From Camelus dromedarius (lineage: Eukaryota), in the NCBI RefSeq assembly GCF_036321535.1, contig NC_087436.1, forward strand, positions 33,420,001 to 33,484,000: 64,000 nt of DNA, in the 5' to 3' direction. Positions 26,808 to 38,699 of this stretch are shown here, one piece after another. The position numbers were made by a program, and so were the translations under genes. How positions within the stretch are numbered: position 1 is the stretch's first letter; each line of letters begins with the position of its first letter. The notes under the pieces were generated by a model, which saw only the letters and a list, made by a program, of their open reading frames with translations, made no database searches and had not been told where the DNA came from.

Positions 26808-28315
26808 CCTTTTCTGAGCTCACCTCCTGCTATTCTTACCCTCTAGCTCACTCTTTCCAACTACTCTGTCTTCTGGCAGGTTTTCATAGACTCTAAGCAT
26901 ATCTTATCTTAGTACCTATTACTAGCTGTTCCTTCTAGTAAAATACTCTTTCTCTAGATAACATTATAGCTGATTCTTTAACCAACCTGAAGTTGTTGTC
27001 TAATTGTCACCTGCTTAATGAAATCTGTTTATCCACTCTACTTAAAATTGCAACCCAGAAGTGGGATTGCTAGACCACATGGTGATTCTATTTTTAATTA
27101 GTTGAGGAACCACCATACTGTTTTCCATATGGTTGCAACATTTTACAGTCCCACAAATAGGGATTCCATATTTCTCCCTATTCTTGCCAACATGTTATTT
27201 TCTGGGGGTTTTTTTGTTTAAATTTTTTTATAATGGTTATCTTAATTGTCATGAGGTGATATCTTATTGTAGTTTTGATTTATATTTCTCTAATGATTAG
27301 TGATGTTGAGCATCTTTTCATATACTTATTGTCCATTTGTATATTTTCTTTCAAGATATGTCTATTCAAGGATTTTGCCCATTTTTAAACTGGGTTGCTT
27401 GGGAGTTTTTTTGCTGTTGAGTTGTAGGAGTTCTTTATATATTCTGTATATTAACTCATTAGATATTTGCAAAGATGTTCTCCTGTTATATAAGTTGCCT
27501 CTCACTCTGATTGCTTCCTTGATACACAAAAGTTTTTAAGTTTAACATAGTCCCAAAAGAATAGAAGGCAGGATCTCAGAGAGATATTTATACAGCCGTG
27601 TTCACTGCATCATTATTCACAATAGCCATGAAGTAGAAGCAACCCAAATGTAAACTGATGGAAGAATGGATAAACAAAATGTGGCATATATACAGCAAAA
27701 TGTTATTCAACCTTAAAAAAAAAAAATAAAGAAATCCTATCACATGCTACAATAGTGATGAAACTTTAGGACATTATGCTAAATGAAATAAAACAATCAC
27801 AAAAGACAAATATTGTATAATTTTACTTATGTGATATTAAAAGTAGTCAAACTCAAAAACAAAATAGAATGGTTGCCAGCGACTGAGGTGAAGGGGAAAA
27901 TGGGGAGTGGTTCAATGGGTATAAAGTTTCAATTCTGTAAAATGACAAAATTCTAGAGATCCGTTACACAACAGTGTGAACATAGTTAACACTACTAAAC
28001 TGTGCACTTAGAATAGTTAAGATGGCAAATTGTATGTCATGTGCTTTTTACCATAATTTTAAAAATTGTAATTCAATTCTTCCTCTTCCTTTGCAATTTG
28101 ATTATCCTTACCCTGTTCTTTGTTTTTCCTGCAGAATGTATTGCACTTAACATACTACAGAATTTTATTATATTTCATTATTTGTTTCTCCACCACCCCT
28201 ACCCATTATAATAAAAGTTCCAGACATGGATTTTTGTTTTGTTTTGTCTGTTTACTGATGTGTTCTGGAACAATGCTTGTCTCAAAATGGGTATTTAATG
28301 CACAGTTGTTCAAGG
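26808..28315 (+). mobile_element. L2a 3' region interrupted by an L1 insertion at 27054-28061
   Basis: TCTGAGCTCACCTCCTGCTATTCT...CTAGCTGTTCCTTCT...CCACTCTACTTAAAATTGCAA on the left. It resumes after 28062 with CCTTACCCTGTTCTTTGTTTTTCC...TTTTGTCTGTTTACTGATG...GGAACAATGCTTG. Confidence 0.65.
27054..28061 (+). mobile_element. 5'-inverted L1 insertion (L1MA/MB-type): minus-oriented segment 27054-27555 plus plus-oriented 3' segment 27552-28061
   Basis: Orientation switches at TAGTCCCA|AAAGAATAG. TSD AAAATTG(C/T)AA at 27044-27053 and 28062-28071. Confidence 0.88.
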
Positions 28316-28454
28316 CAAGAATGAAACCCAAAATTGTAATTAAAAAGTAATAAACACAGTAAACACAGGAAGAAACAAGCCAAATTAAGTGAGAATAACT
28401 ATATATTGCAGAATTTGATTTTCGCAAAGGCTTCAAATACTATAATTATCAGTG

Positions 28455-28862
28455 TCTTTTGTGACTCAAATGCCAGATCAGAATTAGACATACAAGATAT
28501 ATATGGGAGGAAATGCTAATGATGGATAAAGGAAGGGGAGATGGAGAGTCATGTCTGATTCCTATGAAAGAGAAAGGGAAGGAAGAATTGAATAGGAAAA
28601 GTCTTAGATTACAGCAAATTTGTAAGGAACTCTCTGCCAGTCCTTTGGGGATCCACCCATTGGAAGAGTCCTACATAGAACAATGATGGGCTGTCTCTAC
28701 AGCAACCCCACTGTGTTTGTCATTTGTGAGAGTGAATAAGGAAATGTGTCTTTAATGTGAATGCTCTAGAGAATCCACAGGGGCAGTGGCAGTGGCAGAA
28801 CTGCTTCCTGCAATGGGTTTTCTTCAACTAGTTCTGGGTGGTACGCATAAACAGCCACTTCA
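28455..28862 (-). mobile_element. ERVL solo LTR, LTR16 family
   Basis: GGGAGGAAATGCTAATGATGGATAAAGG...GTCTGATTCCTATGAAAGAGAAAGGGAAGGAAG...AGTCTTAGATTACAGCA...CCCATTGGAAGAGTCC resembles antisense LTR16. Confidence 0.6.
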
Positions 28863-28864
28863 AA

Positions 28865-30020
28865 AATTATTACAAAAAGTAAAAACAATAGAGAGGATAA
28901 AAACATTAAAAATCAGCCAGGCATATGTGAAAAGAAACCAGTTAAAATTCTTGGAGTGAAATATATATAGTAATTGATAAGAATACATGAGTTAAATAGC
29001 AGATATAACTGCTATTTATAGTTTATTAGATATAAAACAAAGTTCAAGAACTAGAAGAATCAACTGAATGAAATACTGAGAATACAGCACAGAGAAAGAA
29101 GAATGGAAAAAATAAAGAATTCAAGAGACATAGGTAGCAGCTGAGAAGTTCCTGTGTATACTATTCTAAATTTCAGAAGAAGAGAATAAAGAAAATGGGG
29201 TAGAGGCACTTGGAAGAAATAATGATTAGGCAATTTCTGGAATCCAGTGAAATGACCCCAGTCCGTTTTAACCAGCAACTGCAACATTTCCCAAACTGTG
29301 TTAATTAAAGTAAACCATCAATAATATACAAACTATTAACGATGTTTGTATTTATAAAGGCTAAAGATAAAAAAAAATACTAAGAGAGATCAGGCAGATT
29401 ATCTGCATATTCTTTACTTCTTAACAGCAACAAAAGAACATGTAATGAAATGATATCTTCAAAGAGCAAAGTGTCAATCTAGATACTTCATATATTTAAA
29501 TATATATGTATCTAAGAAGATGAAAAAAACTCACATTAACAAACTCAATTAAAGGGATTTCTAAGTGAAAATTTTAAAAATTAAAAGCACTTGTAGACAA
29601 ATCTAACAAATATTAAATGTGTATATAAATACATTTCATAGAGGTAAAAATCAAAGTAAACCAAAAATCCTGTACAACAGATATAAAACCAAGGTAAACC
29701 TAAACGCTTGTACAGCGATTACTCCCATCATTGTACAAGAGGATAACAGAATTAAAGGTTGTAATGTCTTCTCTTGCTTAAGAGAAGGAAACCTCTAGAT
29801 GAGCTTTAGTCTGTAAGTTAAATGTGCATATCCAGATTAATGTGGCTACCGTTAAAAAATACATTAATTCTTAAATTATATTCACATAGTACTATACCTT
29901 CAACACCTATTAGGCAAAACATTGACAGAAATAAAAAAAGAAAGTGAGAAACCCACTTGATAAAAGACTTTAGCAAAACTGTTTCAGTAATATATTCAAG
30001 ATGACAATCAGTAAGGTTAA
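28865..30020 (+). mobile_element. Old L1M (L1ME-like) ORF1/ORF2 start fragments
   Basis: A-rich: GAGTTAAATAGCAGATAT, GAATACAGCACAGAGAAAGAAGAATGGAAAA, TGAAATGATATCTTCAAAG, ACAATCAGTAAGG. Confidence 0.6.
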
Positions 30021-30029
30021 ATGGAATGT

Positions 30030-32222
30030 TTTTCTTTTGCTTTGGCTTCATAGTTTCATTTAGCTTAGGAAACAAGGCCTAAAAAAAAAAATTCCTATCA
30101 GGCTTTGAATATCAGCTTCCAATTTGGCCAACTTCTGACCATGGAGCTTAAAATAGAAAGAAAGAAAAAGGTTTCAGCTGGGACAAACAGCAAGTATTCC
30201 TGGCAGTACGGAATGACCTTCTGGACCCAAGAGGTGCCCCAAAGAGGATGGAAAAGATACTACTCTCCCAGGATCCAGAGCCAAACATAACCAAAAGAAA
30301 GAAAGGTTCAGACCATTCACCTGAGAGCTGGCACAGTCTGTGGGATCCTAGGTACAAATGAAGTGCCCTCTCCATTTCTGTCCAGCCATATCTAGATGGA
30401 AACGGGTGCAACCCATACTTCTTTATGGCCGTACATTTGGGCCCCCAACCTGATAGTTGAGTTGCCTGCAAATGTGAGAACCAACAACCTGCTTGTACCA
30501 GGCTGGCAGAAAGCCAAGCCAAGTTCTCACAAATTGAGACCAACAAGAAGGCAATAACTGTCCCTGGGAGAGTAAAGGATCAACAACCGATGTGAGACAA
30601 CATGAAATTTGACCTCCTTCTCTTTCGACTGGGCACCCCAGGGATCCGGAAGAGCTGACTCTGTGAAGAACTCCCAGCCTTCACTGGCTTCTGCTGTTCT
30701 TCCCAGGATCCTGTCATCAAGCTCCAGAGCAAGTGAGTTGAAAGTAGAGAGGACAGCCCTGGTATCTACTAGAATTCGTCAAGGTTTTCCATTAATTTTA
30801 ATTTCAGTTTCTCTCTAGCTGTTTGAGGGAATAACGGAGCAGTTTACCACAGGATCCGATCCGTCAGAGTCCCGTCACCCCTGGGAAGGGCTCAAATGGA
30901 GGCCCTCCTTTGAGGGAAGCTAGGGGGCATTTGTGTTGGTGTGGGAAGCTTTGGCTTTTGTTGAAGGGCTTGCAGACTTTCGGAGTTGAAAAGCACTTCA
31001 GATAGAGGATTATTCTGTAATAGTACTCTCTGTAGACTGAGTACTCAGGTGAAGTAGGATGGAGAGGCGTGCTAAGAGTCATGACTTCAGCCTTTCAGTC
31101 TTTTCTTTTAGATACCTCTTGTGTCTTTAATTTTTCATAAGACTTTTGCAATGAATCTTTCAATAAAGCTATTTTGGAATTTTGGAGAATTCTGGAGTCT
31201 TCTGCATGTCACATAAAATAGGTATCACGTTCTGTTTGATTGATTTTGGAACCCTTACTTTCAAGTACACGACTTCAGATGAATGATCTTGTCTAACTGG
31301 AACGTTCCCCATAATGTCCACTTGAATTCTGGGTTGTCTTAGTAAGATTTTGCCATTTTTGTGGATTGAGATCTCAAGCTTCCTGGACCACAGTTCTCAG
31401 ACATAAAATAAGCAGATGTGCTGGAAGGTAGTGGACTCAATTCTTTGAAACACGAGGATCCCATTTATTTAGCTAAGCCTTGGTTCTTTGGGAGCCAAAT
31501 AATACCTAAGAGTGATGTCCACTGGGTTGGGGATTTTACGGTGTTGTACAGTGTACCTTGTTACATGGAAATTTTCTTGAGGTGGCAGGTGACCTAGTGT
31601 CAGTCTAACTCCTTCAATAACCAAGTTATCATACCTCAGGAGCCTTGGAGTGAGGCATCCAGCACTCTAAATGCTTTTAACTGTTTGACCTATGCCTACC
31701 AATTTTGCAGCTTTGGCTTCTGTGATTGCCATTAACGTCAGATCTATTATTCCTCTCACAAGATTTCTTTTTAGTGGTGGACACACTGATGGTTTTTAAT
31801 AGTCTGATTTATGCCTACATAGATTTTGATTCTTATGGTCGAAACAGTCCAGATTTCTTGTAAGTAAGTAAGTTTTTGTAAGTTCATATGCTGTGAACTT
31901 GAGGTTTTGTGAGTTCCCTGAAGGCTGCTGCCTGTTGTGGACTCTCAGCATAACCATCTCAGAATTTTTCTGTGACCCCAGAATCTCTTGGGAACTTTAA
32001 CAAGCCCTGGAAGCTTTCTGGGAACCACATATATAAAGTTTCTTTTTGGTAGGAGAGCTGCACATGAGGGAGTAAAGCTCAAATCCGTGCCTTAGCTGCA
32101 GCCTCTTGGTAATGACAAGAGGAATAGTGAGCTCCAAGGATTCAGTGGGCACTTCCCTGTGCTCCTTGTCTTGTAGGCCATTAGCAGGCAGCTTCAGATC
32201 GCATTCCTCATCTCCCAAAAAA
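30030..32222 (-). mobile_element. Class I ERV (ERV1/MER4-group-like) internal region: leader, decayed gag, non-coding internal sequence; 3' part absent
   Basis: Lies directly downstream (minus strand) of the LTR ending ...TTCAACA. Contains the gag matrix remnant and MER-int-like motifs such as TTTGAATATCAGCTTCCAATTTGGCCAACTTCTGACCATGGAGC. Confidence 0.7.
31130..31464 (-). pseudogene. gag: Frameshifted gammaretrovirus-like gag matrix (MA) remnant
   Basis: My manual translation across two frameshifts gives MGSSCFKELSPLPSSTSAYFMSENCGPGS / KWQNLTK / DNPEFKWTLWGTFQLDKIIHLK. It has an MG start and a W-x-x-x-G-T-F motif like the gammaretroviral MA WPxxGTF. Confidence 0.65.
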
Positions 32223-32635
32223 TGTTGAAAAATGACTAAAGAAGACAGGGTAATACAAACAAGTTTCATTTAACACTTCACAAAATGGACAGTCTCCTTT
32301 CAGAGAATCACCGAATGTGACAGAAGGTAGAAAGCTTTTATAGGATAAAGAATAAAGAACAAGGAAGAGAAAACTAAAATCTATATCTATATCTATATCT
32401 ATATCTATATCTATATCTATAAGATTGGCTGAGGCCACATAGTCATCCTTGTTTGGGGTGAGAAGGCCCAGAGTTGGCATAGCGAATGGGGATTGATTGA
32501 CTGGGTGTATATACTGGGTTTTTAGTCAAGCAGAGCATTTACAGGGACACAAAATTCGTCTATGTTTGGGTTTGCTGATGTGGCACCAGGCTGGGAGCAG
32601 CTCCACTTTGGGCCTAGAAAGTTAGTTCAACAACA
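32223..32635 (-). mobile_element. ERV1 5' LTR
   Basis: Terminal inverted repeats TGTTGAA (32223) ... TTCAACA (32626-32632). On the minus strand there are CCAAT-like and TATAAA-like motifs. An (ATATCT)n expansion lies inside. Confidence 0.75.
32379..32420. repeat. (ATATCT)n hexanucleotide microsatellite
   Basis: About 7 units. Source of the IDIDID run in the ORF track. Confidence 0.95.
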
Positions 32636-33369
32636 GGTGTTAATTTCATTATTAATACAATGATTTAAGTATAACTTCCTTCCTTTCACTCACATGTTCA
32701 CTAAACATTTAGTATATAAAAGGTGGCAGCATGCTTTGTGGAATTTAATACCTTTCTAATTATTAATACAGAAATACACTTTCAAATATACTTCAGTAAA
32801 AATGTAAGGACTCTTCCACACAATTAGATCATTGGATTGTTTGGTGTGATTGTACCTAAAAGAAGTGAAGTTATTAGCAGTGGTCGGAATGTGACTGCAA
32901 CTTTTATGGCTGATTTGTTGCTATTTAGACATGGCTATGAAACAGCCATCTTAGTATTTCCTCATATATTCATTTATCCATTTTGTAATTTCAAACCAGA
33001 TCATTTTTTCCCAACCCACTGAGACTTATAATGACTTCCTTCTTGACATTTTATCCAGAAATAGTTAGAGAAAAATTAAAGATAAATCTCTAGAAAAAAT
33101 TATGAATGAATTAGCATATACCTACAGATATGTTTTCATTTACAAATATATTTTCATTTACAAATAGATTGCCATTTACTATTTTGTCATAGATACTGTC
33201 CTCACTTGCACTTGTACATATTTAGTCATATTATCTGTAGTTGCATAATTATTATTTATGAGACCATCCTGTTATAATCTTCCTTCGCTGCTGTTCTTCT
33301 CCCTTATAACACTACCAGCATTTATAATAAATATTTCTTATATTTCTCTCTTAGATGATTTTGCTAATA

Positions 33370-33680
33370 CTACTACTAAGAGCTAACATTCTCAGCCCAG
33401 CCTTTATCTAAAATGCTTCATGTATATTATTATTTAACTGTCTCAACTACAGAACAAAATGGTGTTCTATATACCATTATGATTCACGTATTTTGGATAG
33501 GGAAAGTGAGGCAGAAAGGTTAAGTAACACAGAGTAACACAAAGATTGGTTCGTACATGGCGGTGCCAGGAATGTAAACTCCAAGAGAGTAGGAAACATG
33601 GCCCACGTGTCCCCAGGATCTTGTCCAGTGTTTGGTGCTTATGATGCTCTATTAATATTTAGTAAATGAACAAAACGAGC
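33370..33680. mobile_element. MIR (minus) followed by an L2 tail fragment (plus)
   Basis: AGCTAACATT...TTTTGGATAGGGAAAGTGAGGCAGAAAGGTTAAGTAAC, then GTAAACTCCAAGAGAGTAGGAAAC...GCTCTATTAATATTTAGTAAATGAA. Confidence 0.55.
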
Positions 33681-34993
33681 GAGTGTAAGGTGAAGAAATA
33701 CAACTTAGAGTTTTGCACAACGCCTTTCTTTGTTTAGTCTGATCTCAATAATGCTGCAAGATCTGAAGAAAAAGATAAGTTGACAAGTTTTCTGATTAGT
33801 CTGATTTTTCAGTCAAGTCTTGGGTCATGATCATGTGGACACAATAAATGCACTACCCCATATGGAGTCTTCCCTTTATGCTGTCTTCAGAGAAATGCAT
33901 ACTGTCATATAATTGGCTTGAGCTCAGAGATAAGAGTAAAATTAGATTCACTGGCTATCAGATTTACTCAGAACTTAACTCTGAGAATGCCTGTACCCAA
34001 TTAATAGATAAAATCATTAGGTATGCTGACAGAAATACAGTTCACTTACATTTGAAGAAAGGGTGAACATCAGGTTTTGTATAAAGAGTCAAAGAAGTAA
34101 AGTAGATTATATGAGGTTATTTAGAAACATTTTCACTTGAGAGAAACCAAATAAGGAGAAAAAAAATTAAACATTTTTTAATAATAAAGTAGAGAAAAAT
34201 CAATGAAACTATTGAACTATTATAGAGGTTATAAAAGGTGATACAGGGGTCTTTCAATATTCTTCTAACATTTAAAATGCACACTAATTTTTAAACTTTT
34301 ATGTGAAGCTTACAAAACAAATTGAAATCAACTAATTCTATATCTCATTTTTCTTGCACTGAGACAAAACAGCATTCTATTATAGAAATATATACTTTGA
34401 TGTCTTAGGTAAACATTTCGCACTGAATGAGGTGAAAAGGATATAAGAATCATATTTCTGTGTTATCAGGAAAGTGTGAAGTTCATTTCAACATCAGAGC
34501 CACCAAAGGAGTGACATAGGACAATTTACTTTTATTACTAATCCTGTGGCAAAGTGACTCATTAGTTCTAAAAAACTTAGCCAAAAAAACTAACTGATAA
34601 TATACAGCTGAATATTTATACACTTTCCTCATAACAAAAATGTGCTCAGTATTATTAGCCAAAAGAAGCGGGAAAAAATGAAAATATGGAAGATGTTCAA
34701 ATGCAATTTGTTTTAAAGTAAACATTCAGAAATTGCACTCTTTTTTTTTTTAATGTGAAGCAGTTTTACGGGTAACACTATTTTAATTTAAGATATTTAC
34801 TCTGGGTATTGGGTACTGCATATAAAATGTATCATTACGAGTAAATTACTGATGTGAATAATCAGATGTCAGATTAGTCACGTAGCCTTTGGCACATTTC
34901 CCACATTAACGTGTATCAGTGCTGAAGATTGCATTCGACCTGTCCTGAAAAGGTCTTCACAGTGGAACATTTTAATCTACTGATAGAACTTAC

Positions 34994-35014
34994 TCAAATT
35001 CTGTGATCGCAAAT
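34994..35014 (-). other. Candidate 21-nt microexon (unverified)
   Basis: The minus strand reads TCTTTCATCTTCACAG|ATTTGCGATCACAGAATTTGA|GTAAGT, in apparently unique sequence. Confidence 0.3.
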
Positions 35015-35751
35015 CTGTGAAGATGAAAGACCCATCTCACAGGAAAGATCCCCTTAGGTGAATTAAGTGCAGTTTGTTAGTCTGCTCAAACACAGACATT
35101 AGGCTACTAAGTGGCCACATGTGTATACACATGTTTAGCATTAAGGCCAGAAAGCAAACATTAGCAATCAAGAACATCAAATTGATTTTGGAGCGTATGT
35201 CTTCCAAGACCCCACAAAATCTGAAAAACAGCTTGAGAAAGGTTTAGACAAGTTCTTAAACCTTATACCTCTTTCCCAGTTGCAAGAGATTGTGCTCACA
35301 TGCTAAGTGCACTCAGATACTACCTAAAAATTCATCCCTACCTTTGCTAGAACCAAGAAGTGAAAATTACAAAATCTTTGTGTCATTGCTGATCTCCATC
35401 ATACTCTCCCAGAAGACAGCACCCCGTAAGTTCCATCAGACCCTATTGGCTCTGCTGACACACTTAGAAATGTTACTGCATAATTTGCTATTGTGCGCTA
35501 CTTTATGTGCAGACTCTCACTATCGTGGCCGTACAGTGAGAGGCATTCACACATATGCCTGCAGCATGTTCCCACCGGGCAGAGTCGGTCATCTTTGGCA
35601 ACTCAGAGACAACAACCATGGTGTTTTGTTTTGTTGTTATGGTTTCAGACAAATCTTTCCAAACTTATCATTATGCAAGAAATAAGGTCTGCACAATTGT
35701 GATTATCCAAATAATTTATAACAAAAAATTATTTTAGTCGATTAAATAGAA

Positions 35752-35978
35752 CAGTGATTTTTCACTTCCTTTTTTTTTTTTTGTAGTCAGTGAAATCTTT
35801 TATTCAAACAAATCTTGTACAGATAAACTAGACAGAAGAAAAAAGATCTTGTGACTGAAGTGTGTAGGGAGCGAAGGAGCGAACTTCACCTTCTCTGGTG
35901 GCTGTTTTATTTTCATAGCAACCCCTGAAACATCTTTTAATTACTTTAGGGCTGTGTACAATGTTCTGAATACTACTG
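35752..35978 (-). mobile_element. hAT-Charlie MITE, MER103C-like
   Basis: Termini CAGTGATTTTTCA ... TCTGAATACTACTG. Internal AAATCTTGTACAGA and GCAACCCCTGAAACATCT...TAGGGCTG are collinear with the recalled MER103C consensus. Confidence 0.55.
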
Positions 35979-36030
35979 ATGCCCAGGATGAAAGGAAAAG
36001 AAGACTTTCTTTTTGTGTTAGACTAATTTT

Positions 36031-36316
36031 TTCTCTTTAATTTTATTTTTTTTGAAATGCAGTTAATTTACAATGTTAGTTTTAGGTACAGGCAAAGTGT
36101 TTCAGTTATACATATATACACATATTTTTTTTCAGATTCTTTTCCATTATAGCTTATTATAAGAAATTGAATATAGTTCCCTGTGCTATACAGTAGGTCC
36201 TTGTTGTTTATCTAATTTATGTTTTGTAATGTGTATCTGTTAATCCCAAACTCCTAATTTATCCCGCCCCTGCCCTTTCCTCTTTGGTGACCATCATTTG
36301 TTTTCTACGTCCGTGC
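36031..36316 (-). mobile_element. Young cetartiodactyl/camelid L1 3' end
   Basis: T tail, TTGAATATAGTTCCCTGTGCTATACAGTAGGTCCTTGTTG, TAATCCCAAACTCCTAATTTATCCC. TSD AGACTAA(T/C)TTT at 36020-36030 and 36317-36327. Confidence 0.9.
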
Positions 36317-38699
36317 AGACTAACTTTCAGATAGTAACTTAGGTCATTACTGTAACAACAGCAAGCTTGGCAAAGGTTACTTGATGACATTCAGGAACAG
36401 GAAGTCTCTCCCCAGGGTTTAACTAACTCTCACCTTCTGCGTGAGACCCATGTCAGAGTGGCTGCTGGAATCTTTTAACAAGTAGACACTGAGCTAGTCC
36501 TTACAAGTCCCGACCACAAGGTGGTACTTACCCCCCGTAGTGAGAATAGGCCAAATTCCAGCGTGGGGACAGCTGGCCCACAAACTGAAAGTAGGAAGTG
36601 ACATCACTCAGGAAGTGACACAGGGTAGTGTTGCTAACAGAAAGTAACATCTTGCTTTTAGTCTTTACTCACTAACTAGGGCCACCCAGGCTAGCTGTGG
36701 ACACTGAGATTTTAAATCCTAACTCTGGTCCTTGGATGATCATATGAGCATGCCATCCTTAGAAGCAAACACGTACCTGATCCTGGAATTTTAAGAGAAC
36801 AATCCTATCTGCTGCAGACCCATCCTATCCCTGGTGTCTGAGTTACTTTTTTTTTTTTCCTAGTCATATGGACCAAGATTCACAAAATAGAGAAAATCCT
36901 TTCAACCTCATTTTGCAAATGAAAATGAGTTTAGTAAATGCATTCCTAATGAAACAATACCCTTGCCATATGTATGACCTAGAGCAAGGCTGTTTTTCTC
37001 CTAAAGTTTCAAGAGCTGCTCTCCTCTTACTCGGCTCTGAGCTCCACTACTGGGAGAATCAAGGATATTCTGAACTGTTACATGAAGTTTTGCCCACCAG
37101 TGTTCTAATTTGGAAACACAGTTGGGTAATGAATACTGGAATCTCTCGCTGAGGAGAATCATACCGCAGTGTAGTTCAGTTAGTCCGACGAGACATGTCT
37201 GGTGAATCCAGCTTATGCAAACTAAGCTGTCATTTTAAAAGGTTACTGAAGCTACTTTCATTGCTTCCAAGAATGCTGGATGAGGAACTTGTTATTTTTC
37301 AGGGTAAAGCACAATGCCAATGATGGGCTATGGTTTGCTCTTGGTTAATACTTTGGATCTCGGTTAGCTCCAGATCTGGGGAAGAGAGAGAAAAAAAAAA
37401 GCTACCAGGGTTCAGCATGAGGTACTCATTTAATTGGTCCTGGGGAGTCAATATTAAAGAAGCGATACCAGGAATGCAAGGTGGGGCTGGAGACATATTT
37501 GTAGCCCCTTAAAATAGTCTAAAAAACTGAACTTCTACCCTCTTTAGTTATGGGGAGAGATGTAAGCAGAATGGACCTAGTTAGTTTTCTGTCTAGAGTC
37601 TGTCTCCTTCCCTAGAGGTCCTTGGAGAGCAGTGGGCTAACTTTACGTGAGTAGCCTTGGAAGAGATCTGTTTATGATTTTTCAAATTTAAATCATCCAT
37701 ATTTTGTTATTTAAAGCACTCAGTTCACTTTGACCTTACTGTGTATGTTTTCTTTCCCAATTATGCGATAGCTTCCTGAGGATTGTCTCCTCAACAAAGT
37801 GTCTATAAATCAGTATCTCTGTATGCTCAGGACCAAGTATAGTTAGTGTGTGGTGTGTGGCGAAAAACATTTTGCAGCTGCTAACATGTAACCCATGTTT
37901 AAGGATCCAAAGAAGCTATTGTTGGGGTCAGCTATGAGGATGGTCTTGTTATGTGAGAAGAACGAAATGAGTCATTTTTAATTAATGTTTTAAAAACTTG
38001 GTTTTGTTTCTGTTGGTTGTCTAATGGGTGCACTCATTTCCTCGTGCGTTATGCACTTTATATTTTTGGGGTTGGGTCTGTGGGGCTTCTTTGAAGGTAA
38101 TAGTGACTGTAGTTTTCTTGATAGAGTCTGGGAGTACAAACAGACCATTTGGAACTAAATCACCAGCTTGAAATGTCTAGGGAAATACAAAATTCATCTG
38201 TAAACAAGTGTATACCATCTTGTGGGGGTAAATTCTCAAGGAAGAGTTTTTTTTTTTTTTTCTTTCTTTCTTTTCCATATAATTGTATTATTCTGTGGTG
38301 AGGTCTAAGACAACAACTTCCCTTGCAATCTTTTTGGTAAGGGTCAGGTTTTATTTCTAGTCTACTCTGCACACTGAGGAAGTTAATGTGAGGGTTTCCT
38401 TTTGTGTTCCCAACTTTGGGCAAGCCCTGAACGTTTTTTCTGTCTGTCCCCTGTGCTCTGCAAAAACAACTCTCCAGGGTTCAGCAGACCACTCCCCCCA
38501 CAAAGGAAAAGCCACCTCTGATGCTCTTCCATTTCTCAATCACATTTTTCTTGCTTCTTAGATTTCCTTGCCAGATTGTCAGTTTGCTTTAAAAGACTTT
38601 CTACTGTATTTTAATTCTTTACAGAAGTGGTATATTTACTAAGCCAAAACTAAAAACATGACTATCACTACTGCTAATACTACTAACTTCCTGAGATAC

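Noticed and set aside
30148..30546. 132-aa ORF as a retroviral protein
   Set aside because: It sits in non-coding ERV internal sequence, starts at a non-ATG codon and has no gag, pol or env motif.
32208..32480. ORF with an IDIDID repeat
   Set aside because: Artefact of the (ATATCT)n microsatellite inside an LTR.
35413..35425. Plus-strand 13-nt microexon (CTCTCCCAG|AAGACAGCACCCC|GTAAGT) and the overlapping 131-aa ORF
   Set aside because: The exon is not frame-preserving and has weak exonic donor context. The ORF starts at TTG and has no recognisable homology.
35770..35805. Minus-strand AATAAA about 17 nt before a poly(A), suggesting a processed pseudogene tail
   Set aside because: It lies within a MER103C-like element whose consensus has an A/T run at this position. 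There is no TSD or mRNA-like sequence.
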